Source of the DNA: Marinicella sp.
GTDB lineage: Bacteria; Pseudomonadota; Gammaproteobacteria; Xanthomonadales; Marinicellaceae
Direction of reading: 5' to 3'
Assembly (NCBI GenBank): GCA_965230295.1
Contig: OZ246001.1
Span: 768,001-832,000, forward strand
DNA length: 64,000 bases
Positions 42,867-53,868 of this stretch are shown here, piece by piece (position 1 is the first letter of the stretch; each line of letters begins with the position of its first letter). The translations under genes and the position numbers were made by a program. Under the pieces are notes generated by a model, which saw nothing but the letters and a program-made list of their open reading frames with translations, searched no databases and was not told where the DNA came from.

Positions 42867-42947
42867 ACGTCCCAATGACTTTCGGCACAAACATTTCAAT
42901 GGTCTTGTTGCTAAAATTTGAAACTTAATTCTCGGGAAGCGTAAGCA

Positions 42948-45900
42948 GTGAAATTAACAGAAGCATCGTTATCAAATCGGGTCGCCGTCATGGTAGGCAT
43001 CATTCTGATTTTGATTTTTGGTATCATCAGTTTGAATCGCTTGCCGGTGCAAATGGCCCCCAATGTTGAAAGGCCCATCATCACTGTTACCACAGTATGG
43101 CCGGGGGCTGCTCCGGAAGAAGTCGAATCTGAAATTCTGGAACTCCAGGAACAAGTATTCCGGGGCATGCCCGGAGTTGAGCGCATGTCTGCCAATGCCA
43201 GCTATGCCCAAGCTTCAATCAACCTTGAGTTTGATATCGAAGTTGACTTCCAAAAGTCCTTGATTGATGTCATCAATCGTTTGAACCAAGTACCATCCTA
43301 CCCAGTGGATGCCAACGAACCCACCTTACTGATTGGTGGCAATCAATTTGGCAATACCATTGCCTGGTTCGCCATTCGTCCATTGGAGGGTAATGATCGC
43401 CCCATTGTCACTTACCAGGATTTTGTTAATGACAATGTTTTGCCCAGGTTTGAACAAATCAACGGCGTTTCTTCAGCCAACGCTTTTGGCGGCCGAGGTT
43501 ATGAAATCCGAATCACATATGACCCACACCTGGCTGCAGCCCTCGGGGTTGATTTAACCGAAATCACTGCACTTGGTGGCAATTTTAACAACACCTCAAT
43601 GGGCACCAAAGATGTGGGGAAAAGACGCTATACACTGCGTTTTGAAGGTAAATATGATTACCTTGCACTCAGGGATTATGTGATTGACTGGCGTGATGGT
43701 AAGCCCATCTACTTGAAAGACATTGCCTTGATTGAAAAGGTGATGCAAGATGCACAAGGTGGCTTGTATCAAAATGGCGGTCCTTCAATTGCCACAAACA
43801 TCATTCCAGAGGCTGGTGTCAACTTATTGGACCTGATGGACGAAATCAAATTAAAAACCCAGGAAATTGATGAAACAGTTTTGAAACCGGCAGGGTTATC
43901 CATCGTTCAGGTTTATGATGAATCCATCTACACCAATCAATCGGTGTTGATGGTGCGCAATAACCTGGTGTTGGGTATGGTGTTGGCCATTTTTATCCTG
44001 TGGGCTTTTCTCAGGAAAAAGACCCCGGCTTTGATTGTAGCAGTGGCCATTCCAATCTGTTTACTGGGTGCTTTTGTACTATTGGATGCACTGGGTCGCA
44101 CCTTGAACATCATTTCTTTGGCGGGTCTGGCTTTTGCGACTGGCATGGTGTTGGATGCGGCCATTGTGGTGCTGGAAAACATTGTGCGCCACCGGGAAAT
44201 GGGCAAAAGCGCCAACGAAGCTGCTTTGATTGGTTCCAAGCAAGTTTGGGGCGCCTTGTTGGCGTCAACAGCTACCACGGTGGCAATCTTTCTGCCCGTG
44301 GTGTTTCTCAAAGATGAGGCCGGTCAATTGTTCACAGACTTGGCATTGACCATTTCAATATCGGTGGTATTGTCTTTGATAGTGGCTATCACAGTGCTAC
44401 CCGCAGCCACGGTCAAATTCATCAAACGCAATGATTTTGATGACCGACAAAAGGCGATGTGGGAATCCATCACCCGTTTCATCAACAACCTCACCAGAAC
44501 ACCCAGCTTACAAAGAATGTGGGTGGTGATTCTGATTGTGGTGCCACTTTCTTTGGCATATTTCCTCAGACCACCTGCTGATTACTTACCTGAAGGAAAA
44601 CGTAATTTTGCCTTTGGCGTGTTGTTTCCACAGCCTGGTATATCCGTGGAATCCTCTCGCACAGAACTGGCTGATGTCATTGTTGAACGCATGCAACCGT
44701 ATTTGGATGGCGAGCAGCAACCCAAAATTGAGAACTATTTCTTGGGCGTGTTCGGATCTCAGGCCTTTTTTGGGTTCCGGGCTGAGGATGTATCAAAGAT
44801 GGATCAATTGTTGGGCATCGTCAATGGACAGGTTCTTACCGGCATCCCTGATGCCTTTGGTTTTGCTGGACGCGCACCCGTTTTCGGTGGTGCCCGAGGC
44901 GGTCGAAACATCAATGTAGATTTACAAGCAGATGATTTCGAATCCTTGCTGCTGGCAGGTCAATCAGCCATGGGCATGATTCAGGGCTTGATCCCCAATT
45001 CCCAAATTCAACCACAACCCAGTCTAGAACTGGGTGCACCAGAACTTAACATCAAACCCAATGATCGGGCCATCGCCGAGGCAGGCTGGTCAAGAAACCA
45101 ACTGAATGCGGTACTCAGGTCATTTGGCACCGGTGCCTTTGTGGGAGAATATTTTGATGGCAACAAGCGGATGAACGTGATGTTGCGCTCAACAGAATGG
45201 GACACCCCTGAGGAACTGGCCGCGCTGCCTTTATATACTGCACATGGCGATGTGGTACCTCTGGATCACTTGACATACATTGATCGCACCGCTGGCCCTT
45301 CACAAATACTGCGGGTGGACCGTAAAAGAACCTTGACGCTGCAAGTTAAGCCACCACAGGAAGTGCCATTAGAGGATGCGATTTTCTTACTGAAGAGCCA
45401 ATTAACACCACAACTCATGCCCTTATTGCCAGAAGGTGGATCCATCACTTACCGGGGCACCGCTGAAGCCTTAGACACGGCCTTAGACAGCCTCAAATGG
45501 TCTTTTGCACTGGCCATTGTGATTTTATACCTGCTGATCAGCGCCATGTTTCAATCCTTCAAAGATTCGCTGCTGGTGGTCACCACCTTACCCATGGCAA
45601 CTGTCGGTGGACTCATTGGGTTACGCATCCTGGATTGGGTGTTGGTCCTATTGGGAGGTACCGGTCAGTCCATGGACTTGTTAACCATGATTGGGTTCGT
45701 GATCTTGTTAGGCCTGGTGGTGAACAATGCCATCTTATTGGTGTTGCGGGCCAGGGACTCACAAAAGATCGGCATGAGCACCCAAGAAGCGGTGGCCAAC
45801 GCCGTGCGTTTGCGATTAAGACCCATTTTTATGAGTACATTCACCAGTATTTTTGGTATGCTGCCTTTGTTATTGATACCTGGATCAGGTACCGAACTCT

Positions 45901-46028
45901 ACCGCGGTTTGGCTGCAGTGATTGTCGGTGGCATGCTCATCAGCACTTTATTTACCTTGGTCCTGTTACCAAGCTTACTTAAATTGACCGGAAACAAACA
46001 TCAGGAGCAAAGCGTTGCAACCGTTTAA
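42948..46028 (+). CDS. RND efflux transporter permease subunit
   Basis: 1026 aa; LPV..P, GAAPEEVE, LNIISLAGLA..GMVLDAAIVVLEN and RLRPIFMSTFTSIFGMLP. Confidence 0.95.
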   Translation: MKLTEASLSNRVAVMVGIILILIFGIISLNRLPVQMAPNVERPIITVTTVWPGAAPEEVESEILELQEQVFRGMPGVERMSANASYAQASINLEFDIEVDFQKSLIDVINRLNQVPSYPVDANEPTLLIGGNQFGNTIAWFAIRPLEGNDRPIVTYQDFVNDNVLPRFEQINGVSSANAFGGRGYEIRITYDPHLAAALGVDLTEITALGGNFNNTSMGTKDVGKRRYTLRFEGKYDYLALRDYVIDWRDGKPIYLKDIALIEKVMQDAQGGLYQNGGPSIATNIIPEAGVNLLDLMDEIKLKTQEIDETVLKPAGLSIVQVYDESIYTNQSVLMVRNNLVLGMVLAIFILWAFLRKKTPALIVAVAIPICLLGAFVLLDALGRTLNIISLAGLAFATGMVLDAAIVVLENIVRHREMGKSANEAALIGSKQVWGALLASTATTVAIFLPVVFLKDEAGQLFTDLALTISISVVLSLIVAITVLPAATVKFIKRNDFDDRQKAMWESITRFINNLTRTPSLQRMWVVILIVVPLSLAYFLRPPADYLPEGKRNFAFGVLFPQPGISVESSRTELADVIVERMQPYLDGEQQPKIENYFLGVFGSQAFFGFRAEDVSKMDQLLGIVNGQVLTGIPDAFGFAGRAPVFGGARGGRNINVDLQADDFESLLLAGQSAMGMIQGLIPNSQIQPQPSLELGAPELNIKPNDRAIAEAGWSRNQLNAVLRSFGTGAFVGEYFDGNKRMNVMLRSTEWDTPEELAALPLYTAHGDVVPLDHLTYIDRTAGPSQILRVDRKRTLTLQVKPPQEVPLEDAIFLLKSQLTPQLMPLLPEGGSITYRGTAEALDTALDSLKWSFALAIVILYLLISAMFQSFKDSLLVVTTLPMATVGGLIGLRILDWVLVLLGGTGQSMDLLTMIGFVILLGLVVNNAILLVLRARDSQKIGMSTQEAVANAVRLRLRPIFMSTFTSIFGMLPLLLIPGSGTELYRGLAAVIVGGMLISTLFTLVLLPSLLKLTGNKHQEQSVATV

Positions 46029-47055
46029 ACTAATAACAATCTGTCTGATCATTATCATGAGCGCTGGCCTGGCGCAGGCTCAAATGCCTGCCCCTTTGGT
46101 TAAAACCGCACCCGCGGTGAAAACCCAAATGGCACCTACTCGCGTAGTGGCTGCTTACACCAAAGCCCGTTACATCACCACCATCAAGGCCGAAACCAAA
46201 GGCCGGGTGTTGGAAATGGCCTATGTGGGACAAAACATGATCCAAGGTGAACCTTTGGGATTAATCGCTGACGAAGAATATGCGTTGCGTTTAGCAGAAT
46301 TGAGAGGCGCCATTGCCAGTCAGGAAGCGCAAGTTGAGTTTTTAAAATCAGAATCAGTGAGGCTGAAATCATTACAAACCCAAAACCTCACTTCAGCAAC
46401 GGCTTCAGAAAAAAACACCGCCGACTTAAAAACCGCACGTGCAGATTTGGTGCAAGCCAAAGCCAGGTTACAACAGTTAGAAAGTGACATTGCCAAACTG
46501 ACTCCCAAAGCACCATTCAATGGTTTTGTGACTCAACAATTGGCCCAGCCAGGACAATACTTGGATCAGGGACAAAATCTACTTGAAATCATGTCTTCTG
46601 ACGACACCGAAGTGGTGGCGCAAATTCCATTCAAGCTGAAATCAGTGATTCAAGTCGGCCAAGTCTGGCAATTCATGGATCAGGCTGGCTCAGTTCATGA
46701 TGCTGAAGTCACTCGCTTCATTCCTGCCGCAACGTCAAACAGCCGCCTGATTCAAGTACACCTCAAAGACCTTTCTGATCAATTGATGCCGGGTGAACCC
46801 ATCAAACTGATGGTACCTGAAGCCACTCCACAAGAAGTGGTTGCAGTTCCAAGAGATGCGTTGGTGTTGAGAAGACAAGGCGCTTATATCTACACCATTA
46901 AAGAAGGAATGGCTCACAAAGTTGATGTCACTACTGGTTTGGCACAAGGCGATATGATTGCTATTAATGGAGCGGTCAACGCCGGAGATCAAGTTGTGGT
47001 TCGGGGCAATGAAAGGCTGCGTGACCAACAAGCTGTTCAAGTGTTAGATCAGTAA
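46015..47055 (+). CDS. RND efflux periplasmic adaptor (membrane fusion protein)
   Basis: Signal peptide, lipoyl halves around a coiled-coil hairpin (KAPFNGFV), VPRDAL, V.TG and GDQVVVRG. Confidence 0.92.
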   Translation: MQPFKLITICLIIIMSAGLAQAQMPAPLVKTAPAVKTQMAPTRVVAAYTKARYITTIKAETKGRVLEMAYVGQNMIQGEPLGLIADEEYALRLAELRGAIASQEAQVEFLKSESVRLKSLQTQNLTSATASEKNTADLKTARADLVQAKARLQQLESDIAKLTPKAPFNGFVTQQLAQPGQYLDQGQNLLEIMSSDDTEVVAQIPFKLKSVIQVGQVWQFMDQAGSVHDAEVTRFIPAATSNSRLIQVHLKDLSDQLMPGEPIKLMVPEATPQEVVAVPRDALVLRRQGAYIYTIKEGMAHKVDVTTGLAQGDMIAINGAVNAGDQVVVRGNERLRDQQAVQVLDQ

Positions 47056-47059
47056 CGCC

Positions 47060-47971
47060 TCAATAGAGTGTGATTTTATCTTTGATTGCATTGATGACAG
47101 AGTCACCTAACATATGAAACTCTTTGCTGCGTGTGCTGCCTTTGCGCCAGGCCAAGCCAATTTCACGATAAGCATCAAACTCCAGGGCATCCACTTGAAT
47201 TTCTGTGTTGTTAAACAATGGCAGCTTCAAAGCCATTTCAGGTATGAAACTCACCCCCAAGTCTTGTTTCACCATTTCGACCAGGGTTAACAAGCTGCTG
47301 GCTGTGAACTGACTGACTTTATCAACATGCTTGATGTGGCAGGCACTGATGGCATGGTCGCGCAGACAATGCCCATCATCGAGCAACAAGACCGACCCAT
47401 CACCAATGTCATCAATATTGAATTTTCGACCATGTAGCCATTGGTTATTGATCGAACTGATCAAACGAAACCTATCCTTAAACAAGGTCAGCGTCTCCAC
47501 ACTGCGCATTTCATAAGGCAATGCCAACAAAATGACGTCCAGTTGGCCTCGCATCAGCTGATCATAAATATCTGCTGATTTGCCTTCATGAATTTCCAAA
47601 TCCAGGTCTGGATAATTGTCATTCAATTCCGGTAACAAGTCAGGCATCACAAACGGGCCAATGGTTGGAATCATACCAACCGATAATTGACCTGACAAAG
47701 GCAGTAAATTACCTTGAGCCATATCCAGCATTTTTTTCATTTCAGCCATAACAGCCAAAGATTGTTGATAAATTTCTCTGCCTAAATTGGTGACAGTAAC
47801 ACTCTTATTGGTGCGATCTACCAAGCGGCCACCCAAAGCATTTTCCAGCTCTTTGATCGCCACACTGAATGCTGATTGTGACACAAAACAACTGTCTGCT
47901 GCTTTGCCAAAATGATTGTGTTCAATCAACGCATTGAAATATTTTAATTGTTTAATGGTAGGAAAGTGCAT
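47060..47971 (-). CDS. oxyR: LysR family H2O2-sensing regulator OxyR
   Basis: HTH HFGKAADSCFVSQS, GMIPTIGPF and LLLDDGHCLRDHAISAC with both redox cysteines (C-x8-C). Confidence 0.85.
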   Translation of the reverse strand: MHFPTIKQLKYFNALIEHNHFGKAADSCFVSQSAFSVAIKELENALGGRLVDRTNKSVTVTNLGREIYQQSLAVMAEMKKMLDMAQGNLLPLSGQLSVGMIPTIGPFVMPDLLPELNDNYPDLDLEIHEGKSADIYDQLMRGQLDVILLALPYEMRSVETLTLFKDRFRLISSINNQWLHGRKFNIDDIGDGSVLLLDDGHCLRDHAISACHIKHVDKVSQFTASSLLTLVEMVKQDLGVSFIPEMALKLPLFNNTEIQVDALEFDAYREIGLAWRKGSTRSKEFHMLGDSVINAIKDKITLY

Positions 47972-48035
47972 ACCGATCCTTCATTGATGAATTGGAACAA
48001 AGATTGAATTTTATCCGTTTTTATCAATTAATCAA

Positions 48036-50681
48036 TCAAACTTCGCTTAAATTTATGGCGCGATCAACGATTTCAAATACATTCGCAGACAGGTTACTAA
48101 TTCCATGTATTCGCTTGAGTTCTGATAACATCATCGTTTGTGCAGCTGCATGGTGCTGCTGATAGTTATTAAACAATCCAACCAGACGAGCAGCAACTTG
48201 AGGGTTGATGGCATCAAGTGCAATCACTTGATCAGCCAAAAAAGCATAACCACTGCCATCCTCAGCATGATAACAGGTGATGTTACCCGCACAAAATGAC
48301 CCGATCAAACTGCGCACAACATTGGGGTTTTTCATTGAGAATATGGGCAAGTCCATCAATTGCTTAACCCGTTCCAAGGTGTCTTCAGCAGGTATAGTTG
48401 CCTGGATAGACAACCATTTGTTTATCACCAGTGAATTGTCCTGCCACTGGGTATAGTAGGCACCCAACAAATCTTCATATCCATCAACCTGGCGGTGTGT
48501 CAGTAAACTCAATGCCGCCATTTTATCGGTATAATTATTGGCGTTCTGGTATTGCTCTGCTGCCAACAGTGCCATTTCTTTCGGGACTTCACCTTGACTC
48601 TGCAACAAGTACCACAAACAACGGTTCTTCAGACTGCGTTGTGCCACTTGTTTTGAGTCAACCTGATAGGTCTCATGAGAGTAGTTCTGGTTATACACAG
48701 ACAACAGCTCCACCTTAAATTTCTCTGCCAGGATATGGACCAACCACTCTTTGGCCTCATGGAGCTTGATGATATCAACCGCAGTCAGTGACAACATCAT
48801 GGATTTCAAAGCAGGCAAAGTGATGGCTTCCGCAACCAAAGCAGGGTCGGATGTGGTATCTAACAATACATGTCTGAAAGAACTCAATACCTCATCAGGG
48901 CAACGGTATTCTTCGTCATTCAACAGCGACTGGTATTTATTGATGATCACTTCACTTTGCATCTGTTGAGCCGCGTTCCAACGGTTGAACGGATCCAAGT
49001 CATATTTCATCAAAAACGACAAATGGTTGCTTTGTTCTTTGTGATTAACGATAACTGGTGCAGAAAACCCTTGAAACAAGGAACTGATCGGCTGGTGATC
49101 AATGTTCTCGAAAACCCAAGTTTGGGTCATGTCCTTTAACTCATACACTTTTTGTGTGGTTCCAGATTCATCCAGCGCAAAAGGTTGACCATTGTCTTGA
49201 TACAATGACAACTTAACCGGCATGTGCATGGCTTGCCAATCTGATGCACCTTGAAAATTGGCAGGTGATTTTTGTATCAGGGTGATGGCATGCTTTCGCT
49301 TGGTGGCATCGTAGGTTTCCTGAATCTCAACACAAGGTGTGCCATTTTGTGAGTACCACAATTCAAACTGATCCAAATTGATGCCGTTGGCGTCTGCCAT
49401 GGCCAGTCTGAAATCATTACAGCTGACCGCTTGACCATCATGTCTTTCAAAATACAGTTTCATGCCTTTTTGAAACCCTTCTTCACCCAACAAAGTGTGA
49501 TACATCCTCACCACCTCTGAGCCTTTTTCATAAAGGGTTAAGGTATAGAAGTTGTTAATTTCGATGTATGAATCTGGCCTGACCGAATGAGACATGGGAG
49601 AGGCATCTTCAGCAAACTGCGCAGCACGTAAGTAACGAACGTCTTCAATCCTTTTGACCGCCCTGGATTGCAAATCAGCAGTGAATTCTTGATCCCTGAA
49701 GACCGTTAAGCCTTCCTTCAATGACAATTGAAACCAGTCTTTGCAGGTGACACGGTTGCCTGTCCAATTGTGAAAGTATTCATGGCCAATCACGGCTTCT
49801 ACATTGATAAAATCCTGATCTGATGCCGTTTCAGGATTCGCCAGTACATATTTTGAGTTAAAGATGTTGAGGCCTTTGTTTTCCATGGCACCCATGTTGA
49901 AATCGTCGGTGGCCACAATGTTGTAAACTTTTAAGTCATAAGCCAAATTAAACCTGCTTTCATCCCATTGCATGGAATTGATTAATGACTGCATGGCAAA
50001 TTCACAGGCATTCAGGTTCTTTTCTTCGGTGTATATATTAAGAGTGACCTCTTGGCCTTCACTGGTGGTGTATTGATCTGTTAAAACCGCCAGATCACCT
50101 GCCACCAAAGCAAATAAATAACTGGGTTTTGGATGCGGATCCATCCATTTGGCATAATGTTTACCTTCACCCAATTCACCCTGTGACAAGGGATTGCCGT
50201 TTGACAATAAGACGGGGTATTGTTTTTTGTTGGCAACAATGGTCACCATAAATGGTGCAAGCACATCAGGCCTGTCCAGATAATAAGTGATTTTTCGGAA
50301 CCCTTCGGCCTCACATTGGGTAAGAAAAAAGTCGCCAGACTGATACAATCCTTCAAGCGCGGTATTTTTATGCGGAAATATCCTGACCGTTGTACTTAAC
50401 GTGAACTCGTCAGGTAGCTGATTCAAAGATAAACCACGATCAGAAACCTGATATTCAGATTCATCTAATTCAGAGCCATTGATCTTAAGTGACTCTAAAG
50501 TCAGATCCACACCATCAAGAAACAAATTGTTTTCTGCGGCAGATGGGTTTTTATAAAAATTAATTCGGGATTTAACCAGAGTGTATTCAGGTTCAACTAA
50601 AAAAGCCAAATCCACTGATCTGACCCAAAAATTCGGGGCCAGGTAATCCTTGCGATAAATGATCTGTTTCTTGGCACTCAT
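48036..50681 (-). CDS. pepN: Aminopeptidase N (M1)
   Basis: TQCEAEGFR, GAMENKGLN, HEYFHNWTGNRVT...LKEG, NNFYT..YEKG and NPQVAARL. Confidence 0.97.
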   Translation of the reverse strand: MSAKKQIIYRKDYLAPNFWVRSVDLAFLVEPEYTLVKSRINFYKNPSAAENNLFLDGVDLTLESLKINGSELDESEYQVSDRGLSLNQLPDEFTLSTTVRIFPHKNTALEGLYQSGDFFLTQCEAEGFRKITYYLDRPDVLAPFMVTIVANKKQYPVLLSNGNPLSQGELGEGKHYAKWMDPHPKPSYLFALVAGDLAVLTDQYTTSEGQEVTLNIYTEEKNLNACEFAMQSLINSMQWDESRFNLAYDLKVYNIVATDDFNMGAMENKGLNIFNSKYVLANPETASDQDFINVEAVIGHEYFHNWTGNRVTCKDWFQLSLKEGLTVFRDQEFTADLQSRAVKRIEDVRYLRAAQFAEDASPMSHSVRPDSYIEINNFYTLTLYEKGSEVVRMYHTLLGEEGFQKGMKLYFERHDGQAVSCNDFRLAMADANGINLDQFELWYSQNGTPCVEIQETYDATKRKHAITLIQKSPANFQGASDWQAMHMPVKLSLYQDNGQPFALDESGTTQKVYELKDMTQTWVFENIDHQPISSLFQGFSAPVIVNHKEQSNHLSFLMKYDLDPFNRWNAAQQMQSEVIINKYQSLLNDEEYRCPDEVLSSFRHVLLDTTSDPALVAEAITLPALKSMMLSLTAVDIIKLHEAKEWLVHILAEKFKVELLSVYNQNYSHETYQVDSKQVAQRSLKNRCLWYLLQSQGEVPKEMALLAAEQYQNANNYTDKMAALSLLTHRQVDGYEDLLGAYYTQWQDNSLVINKWLSIQATIPAEDTLERVKQLMDLPIFSMKNPNVVRSLIGSFCAGNITCYHAEDGSGYAFLADQVIALDAINPQVAARLVGLFNNYQQHHAAAQTMMLSELKRIHGISNLSANVFEIVDRAINLSEV

Positions 50682-50719
50682 AGGTCTGCTTTCATAGGTT
50701 TAATGACAATTCCATCAAT

Positions 50720-51457
50720 TCAATTTTGTTCTGAATTCTCTTTCTTTTTACGCAAGGTTTTGCCCATCATTAATCCAAATTCAAATAAAATCCACATCGG
50801 GATAGCCAAGAGGATTTGTGAGCTGGGGTCTGGTGGGGTCAAAATCATGGCCACCACCAAAATACCGATGATAACATAAGGCCTTGATCGCGCCAGCTTT
50901 TCAGCTGAAGTGACACCCATTGAAATCAAAATAATGACCGCCACCGGTATTTCAAAAGCCAAACCAAAGGCAAAAAACAACCTGACTACAATATCCAGGT
51001 ATGAATTGATGTCTGGCATGTAAGTAACACCTTCTGGTGCAATGCTGGGTAAAAACACAAACAATATTGGAAAGACCACAAAAAAAGCAAAGGCACAACC
51101 CAAATAAAATAACACGATGCTTGATATTAAAATCGGCAAAGCAACTCGTTTTTCAGCCTTGTATAAGCCCGGTGCAACAAAAGCCCATATTTGATAAATG
51201 ATGACGGGCATGCTGATGATGACTGCCAGAATGATCACCATTTTAAATGGCGTTAAAAATGGTGATAACACACCGGTGGCAATCATGTCTGTGCCTTGAC
51301 TTAAATTATTGAGCACCGGTTGAGCGATGAGTGTATATATTTCACCTGCAAAGGGAAACATAGCCACCACCAGTATCAAAACTGAAAAAACCGCTTTTAA
51401 CAAGCGGCTTCTGAGTTCAACCAGATGCGAAACCAATGATTGTTCTTGATCTTGCAT
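50720..51457 (-). CDS. tatC: Twin-arginine translocase TatC
   Basis: SHLVELRSRL, YQIWAFVAPGLY..E, FGLAFEIP and LTPPDP.SQ. Confidence 0.97.
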   Translation of the reverse strand: MQDQEQSLVSHLVELRSRLLKAVFSVLILVVAMFPFAGEIYTLIAQPVLNNLSQGTDMIATGVLSPFLTPFKMVIILAVIISMPVIIYQIWAFVAPGLYKAEKRVALPILISSIVLFYLGCAFAFFVVFPILFVFLPSIAPEGVTYMPDINSYLDIVVRLFFAFGLAFEIPVAVIILISMGVTSAEKLARSRPYVIIGILVVAMILTPPDPSSQILLAIPMWILFEFGLMMGKTLRKKKENSEQN

Positions 51458-51778
51458 TTAAGTCTTTTCTGCCCCTGCTTTATTGTCTTTAGATTGCTTA
51501 TTAATGCTGTTAGATGGTTGAACAGTTTCTATGGTTTTTGACAATTCCTGTTCTAATTCTTTGGCTTCTGCCAACATGGCATTTTCTTTTAATTGTGCTT
51601 TGACTGCTTCAATTTCCAGCTCTTGTTCCACTTCATTTTTTATGGATTGAAATGAACGCCGCATTTTTCCAAGATACAAACCCACTTTTCTTGCCACAAC
51701 GGGTAAGCGTTCTGGCCCAATGACCAACAATGCCACCACAAAAATGACCATCAACTCAGTGAAACCAATGTCAAACAT
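51458..51778 (-). CDS. tatB: TatB
   Basis: MFDIGFTEL...[10 protein letters not shown]. Confidence 0.96.
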   Translation of the reverse strand: MFDIGFTELMVIFVVALLVIGPERLPVVARKVGLYLGKMRRSFQSIKNEVEQELEIEAVKAQLKENAMLAEAKELEQELSKTIETVQPSNSINKQSKDNKAGAEKT

Positions 51779-51996
51779 TATTTTTGGACTGGGTCTTCTT
51801 TGTTTTGATTGGCTGTTTCGATTTCATCCCCAGTTGATTCATTTTTCAACTCCTGGGTTTCTTCATCTGCAATGCCTTTTTTAAAACCCTTGACTGCACT
51901 GCCTAAATCATTCCCAATGTTTCTGAGCTTTTTGGTACCAAAAATTAAAGCCACCACCAGTAATATGATGAGTAATTGCGGCATACTGATTCCCAT
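51778..51996 (-). CDS. tatA: TatA
   Basis: [24 protein letters not shown]. Confidence 0.96.
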   Translation of the reverse strand: MGISMPQLLIILLVVALIFGTKKLRNIGNDLGSAVKGFKKGIADEETQELKNESTGDEIETANQNKEDPVQK

Positions 51997-52213
51997 AATG
52001 GATTCTCCGAAATATAAATTAATAAGCCTATTATAACTTGAATTGGATGCATGAAGTACCAGACCAGTTCAAGAAAAACAGACCAACAAGCGTTCTTGCC
52101 AGTTAGCGATGAACTATAACAGGATGGGGATTAAATGATCGTAAAACAACACCCACAAAAAAAGAATCCAATATGACCAATCGAATTCAAATGATTAAAA
52201 CTCAATGAAACTG

Positions 52214-53107
52214 TTAAGCTTGTCGGCGCAATACCAGCCAACCGACAGACAACAACATCAGCAGCATAATCAACAGGCCAACCCGATCGATGGCAGGTAC
52301 TGGAACAGCAGAACCTCTTACGACGTTACAGCCTCCTGGTCCTGCAATGGCCAAAGATTCGATGCCAACCAAAGTTTCAGAAACCAAATTGGCTTGACCA
52401 GTGGCGGTATCAATTTTGAATATGCGTGAAGGAAATGGGTTCAATGGGTCTGACAAGCGAAGGTTAACAGCCATCCATAATTCACCTTCTTCATCAAAGG
52501 ACATACCAGAGCCTGCCAATTCAATGTCTCCACCCAAATCACCCAACGAGCCCACCAATGTGGTTTCAGCATTACTTGGGTTGATTTTATAAAGGTTGAA
52601 GTCACCAGACGCAATGGCATATAAGTCCTCGCCCCAGGCTGCCAAAGAAGTGAAATTGTGACCGGTGTTACCAATCAGAGCGGCGGCTCCTGTGGTGGTG
52701 TTGACTTCGAATAATTCCTGGGTATGTTTGACCACCATATATAGGCTGTCATTACAACCAAAACTCAAACCAAAGTCATAACTGTCCGGTATCGAACCAA
52801 AACCAAAATTTTGATTGGCATTGGCCACAGCAAATGCCCTGCCTTCATCGGGATTGATTTGAACCAAAGTTTTGGTGTTGTCATCAGCACCATACAAAGT
52901 ACCATTGGCTGACAATGCCAAACCTTCTACTGCGATGAAAGGGTCAGCGATTTGTCCCATGCTTTGGTAATCGCCAGTTTCAAGGTTAATTTGCACCAAA
53001 TGATCGGGGATTTCGAAATTATCGTCTGCCACGGAATAGGCCATCACTGCTGCATAGGAAGATGAGCAGATCGCCGTTAGCATCATTGTTATTGTTAGGC
53101 GCAGCAT
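52214..53107 (-). CDS. Secreted beta-propeller-like protein with an IPTL-CTERM-type sorting signal
   Basis: Signal peptide; repeated LxxI(N/D)xxTGxAxx(I/V) blades; C-terminus VPVPAIDRVGLLIMLLMLLSVGWLVLRRQA. Confidence 0.75.
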   Translation of the reverse strand: MLRLTITMMLTAICSSSYAAVMAYSVADDNFEIPDHLVQINLETGDYQSMGQIADPFIAVEGLALSANGTLYGADDNTKTLVQINPDEGRAFAVANANQNFGFGSIPDSYDFGLSFGCNDSLYMVVKHTQELFEVNTTTGAAALIGNTGHNFTSLAAWGEDLYAIASGDFNLYKINPSNAETTLVGSLGDLGGDIELAGSGMSFDEEGELWMAVNLRLSDPLNPFPSRIFKIDTATGQANLVSETLVGIESLAIAGPGGCNVVRGSAVPVPAIDRVGLLIMLLMLLSVGWLVLRRQA

Positions 53108-53222
53108 GGCTAAATTATAGTTATATTTATGTTTTTATCGTATTTATGCAGATGTTAGCAAATAAAATCCCAATAAACAACTTTCTTTTTGTTGCAATTG
53201 TATCCGTTCATCATTGAAAAAA

Positions 53223-53795
53223 TCAGTCAGAAATCAACTGCGACGCCACATACTTGGCATAATTTTCAATGTTTTCAGTGTCTTTGAATTTACCATGTAA
53301 TGTTTTGGCCATATGCAAATAACCCACATACACCGAATATGACAACAAGGCCTGCTGTTTAGCCCGCGCTTCCTCATAACCAATCCCTTGGTATGACTTT
53401 TGAAGATATGACAACCGTTCCAAGGTGACTTCCTTCAAAACTTTGGCGACAAAATCATGCTGTCTGTCAGCCAAAAGTGTGGCATAGATCAAATGACTTT
53501 GTAACGGCTCAGCGCTCAACAAGAACCAAGCCTGTAAACGCTCATGCGCATCTGGGATGGACCATATTTTTTCTTTGATCACTGCACGGTCATCTTCTTG
53601 CCAACGTTTCAACGCCGCCACTATGAGGTCTTTGCGGTTGGTAAAATGCCAATAAAAGCTGCCTTTGGTGACACCCAGGTCTTTGGCAATGTTTTCTACT
53701 GCCACAGCACTGACACCTTGATGGGCAATCACATCTAAAGTGGCGACCTCCCAATCAGAAGGATTTAAAGATTTTCTTTTAGAATTGTTCTTCAT
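53223..53795 (-). CDS. TetR/AcrR family regulator divergent from fadE
   Basis: GVSAVAVENIAKDLGVTKGSFYWHFTNRKDL. Confidence 0.93.
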   Translation of the reverse strand: MKNNSKRKSLNPSDWEVATLDVIAHQGVSAVAVENIAKDLGVTKGSFYWHFTNRKDLIVAALKRWQEDDRAVIKEKIWSIPDAHERLQAWFLLSAEPLQSHLIYATLLADRQHDFVAKVLKEVTLERLSYLQKSYQGIGYEEARAKQQALLSYSVYVGYLHMAKTLHGKFKDTENIENYAKYVASQLISD

Positions 53796-53868
53796 TTCTT
53801 TAAAATAGCATAGTTGGCTATTATCTTAACCAGTAATTGTGTAGGGTCAATGAGATTTTTTACTTTTC

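Noticed and set aside
44140-45740. RND proton-relay residues differ from AcrB (DA for DD; N for K)
   Set aside because: These variants are common in non-AcrB RND subfamilies and are not evidence of inactivation.
47972-48035. Possible OxyR operator (ATTG/CAAT tetrads) upstream of oxyR
   Set aside because: The tetrads do not keep the N7 spacing throughout and the region is AT-rich; not supportable by eye.
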